Positions 34,935 through 44,679 of a stretch of 64,000 bases of DNA are shown piece by piece. The stretch comes from a virus (Duplodnaviria > Caudoviricetes). The position numbers were made by a program, and so were the translations under genes. Location of the stretch: IMG/VR virus record IMGVR_UViG_3300020420_000671; one strand, written 5' to 3'. Positions within the stretch are counted from its first letter, which is position 1. Every line of letters begins with the position of its first letter. The notes below the pieces were generated by a model. It searched no databases, was not told the origin of the DNA, and saw only the letters and a list, made by a program, of their open reading frames with translations.

Positions 34935-35014
34935 ATATATAAGTTAATAACGCCCTATGCCAAATGGCGGGCATGTAGTATGGTTTTGTTGGCCACAAGC
35001 AACATGGAGATTGA

Positions 35015-37687
35015 ATGAGTTACGTAGACGCCTATTTTGACAGAGATTCTGACATCATCAGAGTAGTAGAACGAGTTGATGGTAAAAGAATTTTTCAAGA
35101 ACATCCTGTAAAATATACTTTTTATTATGACGACCCGAAAGGTAAGCACAGAAGCATCTATGGAGATCCAATCTCGCGTATTGTTTCAAGAAACACAAAA
35201 GACTTTCGCAAAGAACTAGCAATAAACAATAAAAGAAAACTTTTTGAAAGTGATATCAATCCTATATTCCAATGTTTGAGTGAAAACTATCTTAATCAAG
35301 ATGCTCCAAAACTTAATGTAGCATTTTTTGACATTGAAACAGATTTTGATCCTGAAAGAGGATTTGCTGACCCAAGCGATCCTTTTATGCCTATCACTGC
35401 TATTACGGTACATTTACAATGGCTTGATGCCTTGATAACTTTAGCAGTTCCGCCAAAGACTTTGACAATGGAGGAGGCAAAAGAACAGACTAAGGAATGG
35501 GGACAGGAATGTGTACTCTTTGAAAAAGAAGAAGATATGTTACAAGCATTCTTGGATCTGATTCAAGATAGTGATATACTAACAGGTTGGAACAGTGAAG
35601 GTTATGATATTCCTTATACTGTGAATAGAGTAAGCAGAGTCCTAAGCAAAGATGATACAAGACGTTTTTGTTTATGGAAACAACTTCCGAAAAAACGTGA
35701 ATACGAAAAATATGGTAAATCTGCTGAAACCTATGACCTAATAGGTAGAGTACATTTAGATAGTTTAGAATTATATCGTAAATATACATATGAAGAAAGA
35801 CATACTTACAGACTTGATGCCATTGGTGAACTTGAAGTTGGTGAAAAGAAAACTGTGTATGAAGGTACACTCGATCAACTTTATAACAATGACTTCAGAA
35901 CATTCATCGAATACAACAGACAAGACGTTGCACTACTGGACAAGCTGGACAAAAAACTAAGATTCATCGATCTTAGTAATGAATTGGCACATGCGAATAC
36001 TGTTTTGCTACAGACCACTATGGGTGCTGTCGCAGTTACAGAACAAGCTATTGTGAATGAAGCACACAGGCGTGGTATGCGAGTGCCTAATAGGCCGAAA
36101 CGTGATCCTGAGTCTTCGACAGCGGCTGGTGCCTATGTCGCTTTTCCTAAAAAAGGCTTACACAAATGGATAGGATCAATGGACTTGAATTCACTGTATC
36201 CATCTGTTATTAGAGCATTAAACATGGATCCAGCAACTATTGTTGGACAACTACGCCCAACACTTACTGATGAATATCTAAATGAAGCTATGAACTTACA
36301 AAAGAAATCCTTTGCTGGTGCTTGGGAAGGAAAGTTTGGCACATTAGAATATGAAGCAGTAATGGATCAGAAGAGAGATGTTGCTATTACTGTTGATTGG
36401 GAAAATGATAAAGAAGATGTTCTAAGTGGAGCAGAAATTTACAAAATAATTTTTGAAAGCAACAAACCTTGGATGCTTTCCTCAAACGGAACAATCTTTA
36501 CAACTGAACATGAGGGTGTAATTCCAGGATTGCTTAAACGTTGGTATCAAGAAAGAAAAGAATTACAAGGCCAACTTAAAAAGGCAAAAGATGCTGGTAA
36601 TTCTATTGAAATAGAATATTGGGATAAAAGACAGTTAGTAAAAAAGATTAACCTAAATAGTTTATACGGTGCTATTCTAAATCCTGGTTGTAGATTCTTT
36701 GATAAACGTATTGGTCAATCAACAACACTGAGTGGTAGAACTATTGTTAAACACATGTCAGCAGAAGTAAACAAAGTAATTACAGGTACATATGATCATG
36801 TAGGTGATGCGGTTATATATGGAGATACAGATTCTGTTTATTTCAGTGCTTTTCCTATACTTAAAAAAGATATTGATGCTGGTAAAATTCCTTGGAGCAA
36901 AGAAAACGTTATTACACTATATGATCAAGTAGCAGAGGCGGCAAACGCAACATTTGACAAGTTCATGGCTGAAGCTTTTCATTGCCCTAAAAGTCGAGCA
37001 GAGGTTATTGCGGCTGGTAGAGAAATCGTAGCAGAAAGTGGCTTATACATTACAAAGAAAAGATATGCGGCATTGGTTTATGACTTAGAAGGATTTAGAA
37101 CTGATACAGAAGGCAAGCCTGGTAAAGTAAAAGCAATGGGTTTAGACTTGCGTAGATCAGATACTCCGGTATTCATGCAAGAGTTTCTAAGTGAACTTCT
37201 ACTAATGGTATTAACTAATAAAACTGAAAAAGATGTACTAGACAGAATTACTGAATTTAGAACTGACTTTAAACAACGCCCAGGTTATGAAAAAGGTTCT
37301 CCAAAGAGAGCAAACAAGATAGGACACTATCAGAGACTTGAACAAAAGCAAGGAAAAGCTAACATGCCTGGACATGTAAGAGCAAGTATCAACTGGAATA
37401 CACTAAAACGTATGAATGGAGACAAGTATTCGCAGGAAATCGTAGATGGTATGAAAGTAATTGTTTGTAAACTAAAACAAAATCCATTAGGATATACCTC
37501 CGTTGCTTATCCAACAGATCAACTACGTATTCCAGATTGGTTTAAAGAACTTCCGTTTGATAATGATGCGATGGAGGAAACAATAATTGACAATAAACTA
37601 GGAAACTTAATAGGTGTGTTGAATTACGATTTAGAAAATACAAAACAAAACAACACTTTCAACAGCCTATTTGACTTTGGAGAGTAA
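35015..37687 (+). CDS. polB: Family B DNA polymerase
   Basis: FDIETD exonuclease I, GWNSEGYDIPY, DLNSLYPS, KKINLNSLYG, YGDTDS, KKRYA. Confidence 0.97.
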   Translation: MSYVDAYFDRDSDIIRVVERVDGKRIFQEHPVKYTFYYDDPKGKHRSIYGDPISRIVSRNTKDFRKELAINNKRKLFESDINPIFQCLSENYLNQDAPKLNVAFFDIETDFDPERGFADPSDPFMPITAITVHLQWLDALITLAVPPKTLTMEEAKEQTKEWGQECVLFEKEEDMLQAFLDLIQDSDILTGWNSEGYDIPYTVNRVSRVLSKDDTRRFCLWKQLPKKREYEKYGKSAETYDLIGRVHLDSLELYRKYTYEERHTYRLDAIGELEVGEKKTVYEGTLDQLYNNDFRTFIEYNRQDVALLDKLDKKLRFIDLSNELAHANTVLLQTTMGAVAVTEQAIVNEAHRRGMRVPNRPKRDPESSTAAGAYVAFPKKGLHKWIGSMDLNSLYPSVIRALNMDPATIVGQLRPTLTDEYLNEAMNLQKKSFAGAWEGKFGTLEYEAVMDQKRDVAITVDWENDKEDVLSGAEIYKIIFESNKPWMLSSNGTIFTTEHEGVIPGLLKRWYQERKELQGQLKKAKDAGNSIEIEYWDKRQLVKKINLNSLYGAILNPGCRFFDKRIGQSTTLSGRTIVKHMSAEVNKVITGTYDHVGDAVIYGDTDSVYFSAFPILKKDIDAGKIPWSKENVITLYDQVAEAANATFDKFMAEAFHCPKSRAEVIAAGREIVAESGLYITKKRYAALVYDLEGFRTDTEGKPGKVKAMGLDLRRSDTPVFMQEFLSELLLMVLTNKTEKDVLDRITEFRTDFKQRPGYEKGSPKRANKIGHYQRLEQKQGKANMPGHVRASINWNTLKRMNGDKYSQEIVDGMKVIVCKLKQNPLGYTSVAYPTDQLRIPDWFKELPFDNDAMEETIIDNKLGNLIGVLNYDLENTKQNNTFNSLFDFGE

Positions 37688-37688
37688 T

Positions 37689-37904
37689 ATGATACACACT
37701 ATACAACAACTAATGGACAAAGTAAGTGCTATGCATGGCTTGGCTGTACAAGCACACAGAGAAAAATACAAAAGTCACACAAAAGAATACAATGTTGACC
37801 TTGTTACACACTTGGTCGAACAGATTCAAGCTATGGCTGGGGATATCTATAACGACAGGACACCTCATCCTAAGCTGGTAGCAAAGAAGAAGGAGAAGAA
37901 ATAA
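37689..37904 (+). CDS. Hypothetical protein
   Basis: GGAG SD. Confidence 0.55.
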   Translation: MIHTIQQLMDKVSAMHGLAVQAHREKYKSHTKEYNVDLVTHLVEQIQAMAGDIYNDRTPHPKLVAKKKEKK

Positions 37905-37905
37905 A

Positions 37906-38328
37906 TTGAATATGTTTGCTAAAATTAGTAGCCGATTGCCAGAGTTTTGTTTGAGCCATTGGTTATTTAGAATACCTTTAGCGATTGTTTTTATACAACA
38001 AGGGTTAGATAAAATACCTGTTGATATAGAAACCGCTGAATCTTTTGGTTTACCTTATCTCGTGTGGTGGTTCGTTGCTTATGGTGAACTAGGTGGAGGT
38101 CTCGGCTTGTTAGCAGGAGGCTTGATGAACAACAAATGGTTAAAAAGATGGCCTTGGATGGGAGATACTGTTACAAGGTTCAGTGGTATTACTATCTGTT
38201 GTATCATGACTGGAGTAATTTGGATCGGAGAGCCTGAAAGTTTCTGGGACGTAATATTATATGATAACCTACATGTATTTTTATGGGTAGGTGGATTGTT
38301 TTTTGCTTTGAGAGGTAATAGGACGTGA
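37906..38328 (+). CDS. DoxX-family membrane protein
   Basis: FRIPLAIVFIQQGLDK, ELGGGLGLLAG, 4 TM segments. Confidence 0.75.
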   Translation: MNMFAKISSRLPEFCLSHWLFRIPLAIVFIQQGLDKIPVDIETAESFGLPYLVWWFVAYGELGGGLGLLAGGLMNNKWLKRWPWMGDTVTRFSGITICCIMTGVIWIGEPESFWDVILYDNLHVFLWVGGLFFALRGNRT

Positions 38329-38558
38329 GTAATGTAAAAAAAGTAGCACAGGAACAAGCCGAAGAAGCATATGATATATTTTTTAAATTTATGAAAGGCT
38401 TTGCTTGGGTATGTGGGTTTATTATGTTAGCATTAGTAAGTTGTAATTTTGGTGTAGATGGTACAGGTAGTAAATCGGATCCTGCTCTTTATGAAGAATA
38501 TAAAGAACGTATGGAAGAAATGACAGAAGAAATTAAAAGGAAAAAATATGAGCAATGA
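38325..38558 (+). CDS. Small membrane protein
   Basis: Single TM segment. Confidence 0.55.
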   Translation: MSNVKKVAQEQAEEAYDIFFKFMKGFAWVCGFIMLALVSCNFGVDGTGSKSDPALYEEYKERMEEMTEEIKRKKYEQ

Positions 38559-38805
38559 ACCGTATCATAATCAAGGCTTTGGCGTAGCTTTTTTATGGAT
38601 TATATTAGTTGTGTTTCTATTTCCATTGGCGGCAATGATGACCGTAGATGATACATGGGATAGATTTTTGAGCAAGTATGGAGACCCAATTACGACAGAG
38701 TGTTGGGAAAACAGTAAGCATGAAAAAGTTTGTAAAACAAAAAATAGTTGTAAATTTTTAAGAAACTTTTGTATAGAAGAAGTATATAGATGGAGAGCAA
38801 AATGA
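38548..38805 (+). CDS. Small membrane protein
   Basis: N-terminal TM, Cys-containing tail. Confidence 0.55.
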   Translation: MSNEPYHNQGFGVAFLWIILVVFLFPLAAMMTVDDTWDRFLSKYGDPITTECWENSKHEKVCKTKNSCKFLRNFCIEEVYRWRAK

Positions 38806-38888
38806 TGATATCAGATACAGAAACAATGTTATTAACATTAGTACTAGGTGGACTATTTTATGCCTACCTATGCTGGAAAAATTTATGA
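38802..38888 (+). CDS. 28-aa single-TM peptide (not in ORF track)
   Basis: MMISDTETMLLTLVLGGLFYAYLCWKNL; ATGA overlaps on both sides. Confidence 0.4.
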   Translation: MMISDTETMLLTLVLGGLFYAYLCWKNL

Positions 38889-39655
38889 AACTTACACTAA
38901 TAGGATTTGGCTTCGTAGGCAAAGCAGTACATAACTTACTACAAGAACATTACGATGTAAAAGTAGTGGATCCTCAGTATAATAAAAATACAATTACGGA
39001 TGATTCAGATGGTTATATTGTTTGTGTTCCTACTCCAAGTTCACCTAACTTACATGCTTGTGATATGAGCATTGTTTGGGAGGTAGTGAAAGAGTGTCCT
39101 GACGATAAACCAATTTTAATTAAAAGCACAATTAGTTTAGAAGGTTATGAAGAAATCAAGAATTGGAACAAAAGAATTACTTTTAGTCCAGAATTTCTAA
39201 CAGCCGCAAATGCTAATGAAGATTTTAAAAATCAAAAAGATATGTTGTTCGGTGGATATGACACTGACTTTTGGTATGACATATTTATTTTAGTAAAAGG
39301 ATTCAAACCAACGTATGGTACAATAGAAGAACTTATTATGGCAAAGTATCTACGTAATAGTTTTTTAGCTACTAAGGTAGCCTTTTTCAATGAAGTATAT
39401 GATTTTTGTAAAGCAACAAATATTAGTTACGAAAGTGTTGCTGAACTAGTGGGAATGGACAATAGAATAACTAGAAATCACATGAAGGTTCCTGGTCCAG
39501 ATGGTAGTAGAGGATTTGGTGGTGCTTGTTTTCCTAAGGATACTAAAGCACTCTTACATACTTTTTCAACTTACAATAAACCGTTTACTATACTTAAAGA
39601 AGTAGTAGACTCAAACGAAAGGACAATTGATGAACATTCTGATAACAGGACATGA
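38885..39655 (+). CDS. UDP-glucose/GDP-mannose dehydrogenase family (N-terminal plus central domains)
   Basis: GFGFVG, VCVPTP, IKSTI, FSPEFL, KYLRNSFLATKVAFFNE, GFGGACFPKD. Confidence 0.9.
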   Translation: MKLTLIGFGFVGKAVHNLLQEHYDVKVVDPQYNKNTITDDSDGYIVCVPTPSSPNLHACDMSIVWEVVKECPDDKPILIKSTISLEGYEEIKNWNKRITFSPEFLTAANANEDFKNQKDMLFGGYDTDFWYDIFILVKGFKPTYGTIEELIMAKYLRNSFLATKVAFFNEVYDFCKATNISYESVAELVGMDNRITRNHMKVPGPDGSRGFGGACFPKDTKALLHTFSTYNKPFTILKEVVDSNERTIDEHSDNRT

Positions 39656-40346
39656 GGGATTCATAGGAACCGAGTTATGGAAAAAACTATCCACTAAACA
39701 TGATCTAATGGGATTAGATATAAAGAGTGGGGACGACATATTAACCTGCGATTTGCCTCACCCTAGTGTTGTAGAAGTGGTAATACATTTGGCAGGCATA
39801 GGAGGTGTGAGAGAAAGTCTAGCTGACCCACAAAAGTATTGGAATAACAATGTAGAAGGCACTAAAAGACTGCTCAATTACTATCCTAATGCTAGAATAT
39901 GTGTTGCTGGATCAAGTTCGCAATATGAACCACATCTAAATCCTTATGCGGCAAGTAAGAATGCTATAGAATATATTCCACATGATAATTGTTGTTTTAT
40001 GAGATTTCATACAGTATACGGTCCTGTACCAAGAGCAAACATGTTTTTTGATAAACTGCTTAACAACAAATTAGAATACGTAACACATCACAAAAGAGAC
40101 TTTATACATATTGAAGATTTATGTGATGCTATAGAAATTATAATGAACAGTAAAACTGTAGGATCATTAGATGTTGGAACCGGAGTATCTGTAAGTATCC
40201 AAGACATTAGGCCGGATCTACCTGTAAAACTAAATACTGTTGGTGAAAGAAAAATCACACAGGCAAATACAAAACAACTTCGAGATTTAGGTTTTAGATA
40301 TAAACACACAGTAGAAGGCTTTTTAAAAGAAAGAGGCATAAAATGA
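39630..40346 (+). CDS. NAD-dependent epimerase/dehydratase
   Basis: ITGHEGFIG, HLAG, YAASK, RFHTVYGP, RDFIHIED. Confidence 0.9.
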   Translation: MNILITGHEGFIGTELWKKLSTKHDLMGLDIKSGDDILTCDLPHPSVVEVVIHLAGIGGVRESLADPQKYWNNNVEGTKRLLNYYPNARICVAGSSSQYEPHLNPYAASKNAIEYIPHDNCCFMRFHTVYGPVPRANMFFDKLLNNKLEYVTHHKRDFIHIEDLCDAIEIIMNSKTVGSLDVGTGVSVSIQDIRPDLPVKLNTVGERKITQANTKQLRDLGFRYKHTVEGFLKERGIK

Positions 40347-40750
40347 AAATAGGCTTTACTTGTTCTACATTTGATTTACTACACGCAGGCCATGTTATAA
40401 TGTTGAGAGAGGCAAAACAACAATGCGACTTTTTAATTTGTGGTCTACAAGTTGATCCTAGTTTAGATAGAAAAGATAAAAATCCCCCCGTACAAACACT
40501 AGTAGAAAGATACAGTCAACTACATGCCTGTAAGTATGTAGATGAAATAATCCCTTATCAAACAGAAAAAGATTTAGAAGATATTTTGGAAATGTATGCC
40601 ATTGACGTAAGAATTTTGGGTGAAGAATACATAGAAAAAGAATTTACAGGTAAAGATATCTGTGAGAAAAGAGGTATACAACTATACTTCAATACAAGAG
40701 ATCACCGTTTTAGCAGTAGTGATCTAAGAAAAAGAGTAAAAAACTGTTGA
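40343..40750 (+). CDS. Glycerol-3-phosphate cytidylyltransferase-like (TagD family)
   Basis: STFDLLHAGH, YVDEIIPY, RFSSSDLR. Confidence 0.88.
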   Translation: MKIGFTCSTFDLLHAGHVIMLREAKQQCDFLICGLQVDPSLDRKDKNPPVQTLVERYSQLHACKYVDEIIPYQTEKDLEDILEMYAIDVRILGEEYIEKEFTGKDICEKRGIQLYFNTRDHRFSSSDLRKRVKNC

Positions 40751-40775
40751 CAAATAATGACAAATATCGTATACT
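40747..40775 (+). promoter_or_regulatory. Sigma70-type promoter
   Basis: TTGACA-17 nt-TATACT. Confidence 0.7.
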
Positions 40776-40794
40776 ATAAAATAGGAGAAGCAAT

Positions 40795-41529
40795 ATGAAA
40801 GATATTTTACAAGATGTAGTCGCAAAAACACATGCCCTTGGGTTCCTTAACTTGGTTAAGGTGACAGGCGATGACACATCAACAACAATTGAATCAATGG
40901 CTGAAGACAGAAGTGTGATTCTCACTGCCAACACTAAAGACAAGGTAGAAGAGTTTGGTGCTAATGTTTTCGGTATGCCTAACATGGATAAGTTGGCTTT
41001 ACATTTAAAAAATCCAGAGTATCAAAAGAACAGTAAACTTACAATTACTAAAGCACAAAGAAATGGTGTTGAAGTTCCTACTGGAATACATTTTGAAAAT
41101 GAAGCTGGAGACTTCCAGAATGACTTTAGATTTATGGTAGCAGAAATCATAAATGAAAAACTTAAAAGTGTTAAATTTAAAGGGGCGTCTTGGGACGTGA
41201 ACTTTACTCCGTCTTTAGCATCTATTACTAGAATGAAATTACAGAGTGCGGCACACACAGAAGAAACTGTGTTTACTGTAAAAGTAGAAGACAAAGACTT
41301 GATGTTTTACTTTGGTGATGCTAATACACACGCAGGTAAATTTGTTTTCCAGAATGCTATTGAAGGAGATCTAAAACATACTTGGGCTTATCCGGTAGCA
41401 CAGGTACAAGCTATACTTAATCTGGATGGGACAATAACAATGTCGCTCAGTGATCAAGGAGCAATGCAGATTGCTGTCGATAGTGGAATGGCAACTTACA
41501 ATTACATATTGCCAGCACAAAGTAAATAG
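40795..41529 (+). CDS. Probable sliding clamp (gp45/PCNA-like)
   Basis: 244 aa, two-domain alpha/beta alternation, C-terminal YNYILPA; PolB and clamp loader are in the window. Confidence 0.55.
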   Translation: MKDILQDVVAKTHALGFLNLVKVTGDDTSTTIESMAEDRSVILTANTKDKVEEFGANVFGMPNMDKLALHLKNPEYQKNSKLTITKAQRNGVEVPTGIHFENEAGDFQNDFRFMVAEIINEKLKSVKFKGASWDVNFTPSLASITRMKLQSAAHTEETVFTVKVEDKDLMFYFGDANTHAGKFVFQNAIEGDLKHTWAYPVAQVQAILNLDGTITMSLSDQGAMQIAVDSGMATYNYILPAQSK

Positions 41530-41536
41530 GAGGTTT

Positions 41537-41743
41537 ATGACCGAAACAGACGAAAACTTAAGATCAGAAGATACAAGTTATGAAAATGAACAAAGTATGG
41601 TAACAATACCCCTAAAAGAATATGACAAGTTGAAGGGAAGATCTAAATACATTACTGATAGAGATCTTATCAGTTGTATAGACAAGATAGAAGAACTTGT
41701 TAGAGCTTTAAGGAAACACATAGTAAGGACGGACTTAGATTGA
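41537..41743 (+). CDS. Hypothetical protein
   Basis: AGGAGG SD. Confidence 0.6.
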   Translation: MTETDENLRSEDTSYENEQSMVTIPLKEYDKLKGRSKYITDRDLISCIDKIEELVRALRKHIVRTDLD

Positions 41744-43200
41744 ATACTAACCTAACCAACGAACAAAAGGACTACGCAATATTTTTGCCAGCATTGAGCG
41801 GCTTTTTTGCGACCTTTGTCGGAAAACAACGTAAGGAAGAATACGTAGAAAAAACACGTATTCCTAAATGCTTCCCCAATGAGGTTGAAAGTTTAAACTG
41901 GCTTAACCCTAGTAAGTCTATGTTCAATTATCATTGGAGTTTGTATTCAGCGGGTCATGCTGATCTTGACGTAAACAAAGATGCTCCCAAGGAAGATATG
42001 GTTAGAGATAGAGATCATAAGAACAGTTGGTTGTTAGGTGACTCGGGTGGTTTTCAAATTGGTAAAGGTGTATGGGAAGGTGACTGGAAAGATCCTAATT
42101 GTCCTAAGGCAAAGAAGAAACGTGAACAAGTGCTTACATGGATGGATGCCTATATGGATTATGGAATGATACTTGATATTCCAGCTTGGGTATCAAGATC
42201 AGAAGCAGGACAAAAAGCAACAGGAATAACAACTTATCAAGAAGCAGTCAATGCCACACGTATAAACAATGATTACTTTATGAAAAACCGTAATGGTAAC
42301 TGTAAGTTTTTAAATGTTTTACAAGGTGAAAATCATGCTGATGCTGAAGATTGGTATCAACAAATGAAAGACTATTGTGATCCTGTAAAATATCCTAACA
42401 CACATTTTAATGGTTGGTCCATGGGAGGACAAAACATGTGTGATATTCATCTAGTTTTGAAAAGATTGGTAGCACTACGTTTTGATGGTTTACTGGAAAA
42501 AGGTGTACATGACTTCATGCACTTCTTAGGCACATCTAAGTTAGAATGGGCTACCCTATTAACAGATATACAAAGAGCAGTTAGAAAATATCACAACGAA
42601 AACTTTACAATTACTTTTGATTGTGCTTCTCCATTTCTTGCTACTGCTAACGGACAGTTATACATACAAACAGAAACACAAGACAGAACAAAATGGGTCT
42701 ACAGAATGGTGCCTAGCATAGATGACAAGAAATATGCCAGTGACACAAGAATATTCAAGGATGCTGTTTTACAAGATGGTATATTTAAAAATTTTACAGA
42801 CAGTCCTGTGACTAAGGACTTGTTAGTAAAAGACGTTTGTATATATGCTCCAGGTGATTTGAATAAAATAGGCAAGGAAGGAAAGACTAGTTGGGATAGT
42901 TTTAGTTATGCTATACAAATGGCACACAACGTTTGGAGCCATATAAATGCGGTACAAGAAGCGAATAGACAATATGACTCAGGTATAACTCCAGCAATGC
43001 TTATAGATGAATCCTTTGATAGAATTTTATTTAGAGATGTTATTGAAGCAATTTTTGCTACATCTAATAGAGATGAAGCTGAAGCAGTAATAGAAGAATT
43101 CAGTAGATTCTGGATATCAATTATAGGTACACGAGGTGCCGTTGGTAAAAAGACAGTGAATGCTTCTACACAATTTGGAAACCTATTCGAGGAGGTATAA
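41740..43200 (+). CDS. TGT/DpdA-like guanine transglycosylase (7-deazaguanine insertion)
   Basis: LLGDSGGFQIG (TGT DSGGFQ), ILDIP, NVLQG, HFLG, FDCASP, HNV; linked to folE, queD and queE. Confidence 0.75.
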   Translation: MNTNLTNEQKDYAIFLPALSGFFATFVGKQRKEEYVEKTRIPKCFPNEVESLNWLNPSKSMFNYHWSLYSAGHADLDVNKDAPKEDMVRDRDHKNSWLLGDSGGFQIGKGVWEGDWKDPNCPKAKKKREQVLTWMDAYMDYGMILDIPAWVSRSEAGQKATGITTYQEAVNATRINNDYFMKNRNGNCKFLNVLQGENHADAEDWYQQMKDYCDPVKYPNTHFNGWSMGGQNMCDIHLVLKRLVALRFDGLLEKGVHDFMHFLGTSKLEWATLLTDIQRAVRKYHNENFTITFDCASPFLATANGQLYIQTETQDRTKWVYRMVPSIDDKKYASDTRIFKDAVLQDGIFKNFTDSPVTKDLLVKDVCIYAPGDLNKIGKEGKTSWDSFSYAIQMAHNVWSHINAVQEANRQYDSGITPAMLIDESFDRILFRDVIEAIFATSNRDEAEAVIEEFSRFWISIIGTRGAVGKKTVNASTQFGNLFEEV

Positions 43201-43201
43201 T

Positions 43202-43384
43202 ATGGGGACTGGAAGAGCTAGTAAAAGAGCTAAGAAACTACAAAATCTACACAACTATTTCCACAATAAAGTAGAACAAGTAGAGATTGAAAGAAACGGC
43301 GATAGAACTTGGCAAACAAAGGAACATCTTATTAGATTAAAAAAACAAAAATTAGCAATCAAAGATAGGTTACAGAATGAATAG
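43202..43384 (+). CDS. Small basic hypothetical protein
   Basis: GAGGAGG SD. Confidence 0.55.
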   Translation: MGTGRASKRAKKLQNLHNYFHNKVEQVEIERNGDRTWQTKEHLIRLKKQKLAIKDRLQNE

Positions 43385-43922
43385 AGATTACGAAAACGGA
43401 CAACAAAACGATATAGATTACTTTGTAGGAAGAGAAGTAGAAAAAACTCCAGCCTATGATAAGAATACTTTGTTTGTAGTAGGCATAAAACCTGTGAAAG
43501 ATGTGTTAAAATTAGCAACAAGAAATGATTGCGATCATGTTTATTTAGGAGCAAATCAAAGTTTTCATCTTACAGGAGAATCTGGTACAGAAGAAGAAAG
43601 CCAAGGTTGGGACAATTTGGTCACAGAACTACTTAAAGCAGGACTTTGGGTAACATTGGATTATGATGTAAGATATCATGATTATGTAATAGAAAGCGGA
43701 TACAACGAAAATGACAACTTTATAAGCATGATATCAGTAAAACTACCACACGTTAACCAATTGAACTATAACGCATGTATTAAGTTAGATGATGTTGATT
43801 TCAAAGCTACAAATCCAGGTGTTTGGGTATCATATGTACAAGAACATTTGGATAGAAAAAAATTTACAGATTGGGAAAAATATACCAAAGATCTGCCAAT
43901 TAAGGTTGACAGTGAGCATTAA
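43377..43922 (+). CDS. Hypothetical protein in the deazaguanine cluster
   Basis: FVGREVEKTPAY..TLFVVG, HVYLGANQSF; between the DpdA-like and QueD-like genes. Confidence 0.65.
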   Translation: MNRDYENGQQNDIDYFVGREVEKTPAYDKNTLFVVGIKPVKDVLKLATRNDCDHVYLGANQSFHLTGESGTEEESQGWDNLVTELLKAGLWVTLDYDVRYHDYVIESGYNENDNFISMISVKLPHVNQLNYNACIKLDDVDFKATNPGVWVSYVQEHLDRKKFTDWEKYTKDLPIKVDSEH

Positions 43923-43934
43923 AGGTAGTATACT
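43906..43934 (+). promoter_or_regulatory. Sigma70-type promoter
   Basis: TTGACA-17 nt-TATACT. Confidence 0.6.
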
Positions 43935-44408
43935 ATGTTTGGAAATGTTGAATATTCAGAACCAGAGCGATATTATGATTGGATGCTTTGGAAAATGAGA
44001 CAAGAAAGAGAAGAGGCAAATATGAAAACAAAAGCAAAAAGAATGATTTGGGTAACTTTTAGAAAAGAAGGTATCCACAAATATCCGGCGGCATTAGATG
44101 ATCCTAAATTAGCTACAGGTGACGAGTATGATGTTTCATTTTTAGGATATCCACATAGACATATATTTCATTTTAAAGTAGGTATTACTGTAACACACAA
44201 CGATAGAGATATTGAGTTTATACAATTTAAAAGATGGATGGAGAAACTTTACGCAGAAAAAACACTAGAACTAGATTATAAGTCATGTGAAATGATGGCT
44301 GATGATTTGTACGATAAGGTTACAGAAAAGTATCCTAACAGAGAAGTACATATTGATATTTCAGAGGACGGTGAGAACGGTGCTCACATTGAATACCCTA
44401 GCTACTAG
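43935..44408 (+). CDS. QueD-like (6-pyruvoyl-tetrahydropterin synthase fold) protein
   Basis: GIHKYP...HRHIFHFKV...DIEFIQFK...SCEMMA...SEDGENGA T-fold pattern; real start may be 44022. Confidence 0.7.
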   Translation: MFGNVEYSEPERYYDWMLWKMRQEREEANMKTKAKRMIWVTFRKEGIHKYPAALDDPKLATGDEYDVSFLGYPHRHIFHFKVGITVTHNDRDIEFIQFKRWMEKLYAEKTLELDYKSCEMMADDLYDKVTEKYPNREVHIDISEDGENGAHIEYPSY

Positions 44409-44421
44409 AAGGAGAAACAAA

Positions 44422-44679
44422 GTGAAACAGGGTGACTACTTCGTTAAGAATCCAGAGATTGTAAAAATCTTTGACGATTTAGAACAATACAAAAAGTTTT
44501 GCCAAATTGCTTTTGGCTATGGCCATGACGGCTATGTTTTTAATGAGAAAGACCTTTACAATGACAAAAGTCGTGCCTGGCGTGCCTTTTGTAATTTTAG
44601 AAAAGGCAAAAAACGTCCTTACTTTAAAAAGTTTGATAAAAAATTTCAAGGACGTTATTATAGTAAAAGGAGACACTAG
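44422..44679 (+). CDS. Hypothetical protein
   Basis: GTG start after AAGGAG. Confidence 0.5.
   Translation: MKQGDYFVKNPEIVKIFDDLEQYKKFCQIAFGYGHDGYVFNEKDLYNDKSRAWRAFCNFRKGKKRPYFKKFDKKFQGRYYSKRRH

Noticed and set aside
35015-37687. Intein or intron in PolB
   Set aside because: 890 aa with motifs in normal order; no Cys/Ser...His-Asn splice junctions or LAGLIDADG motifs seen.
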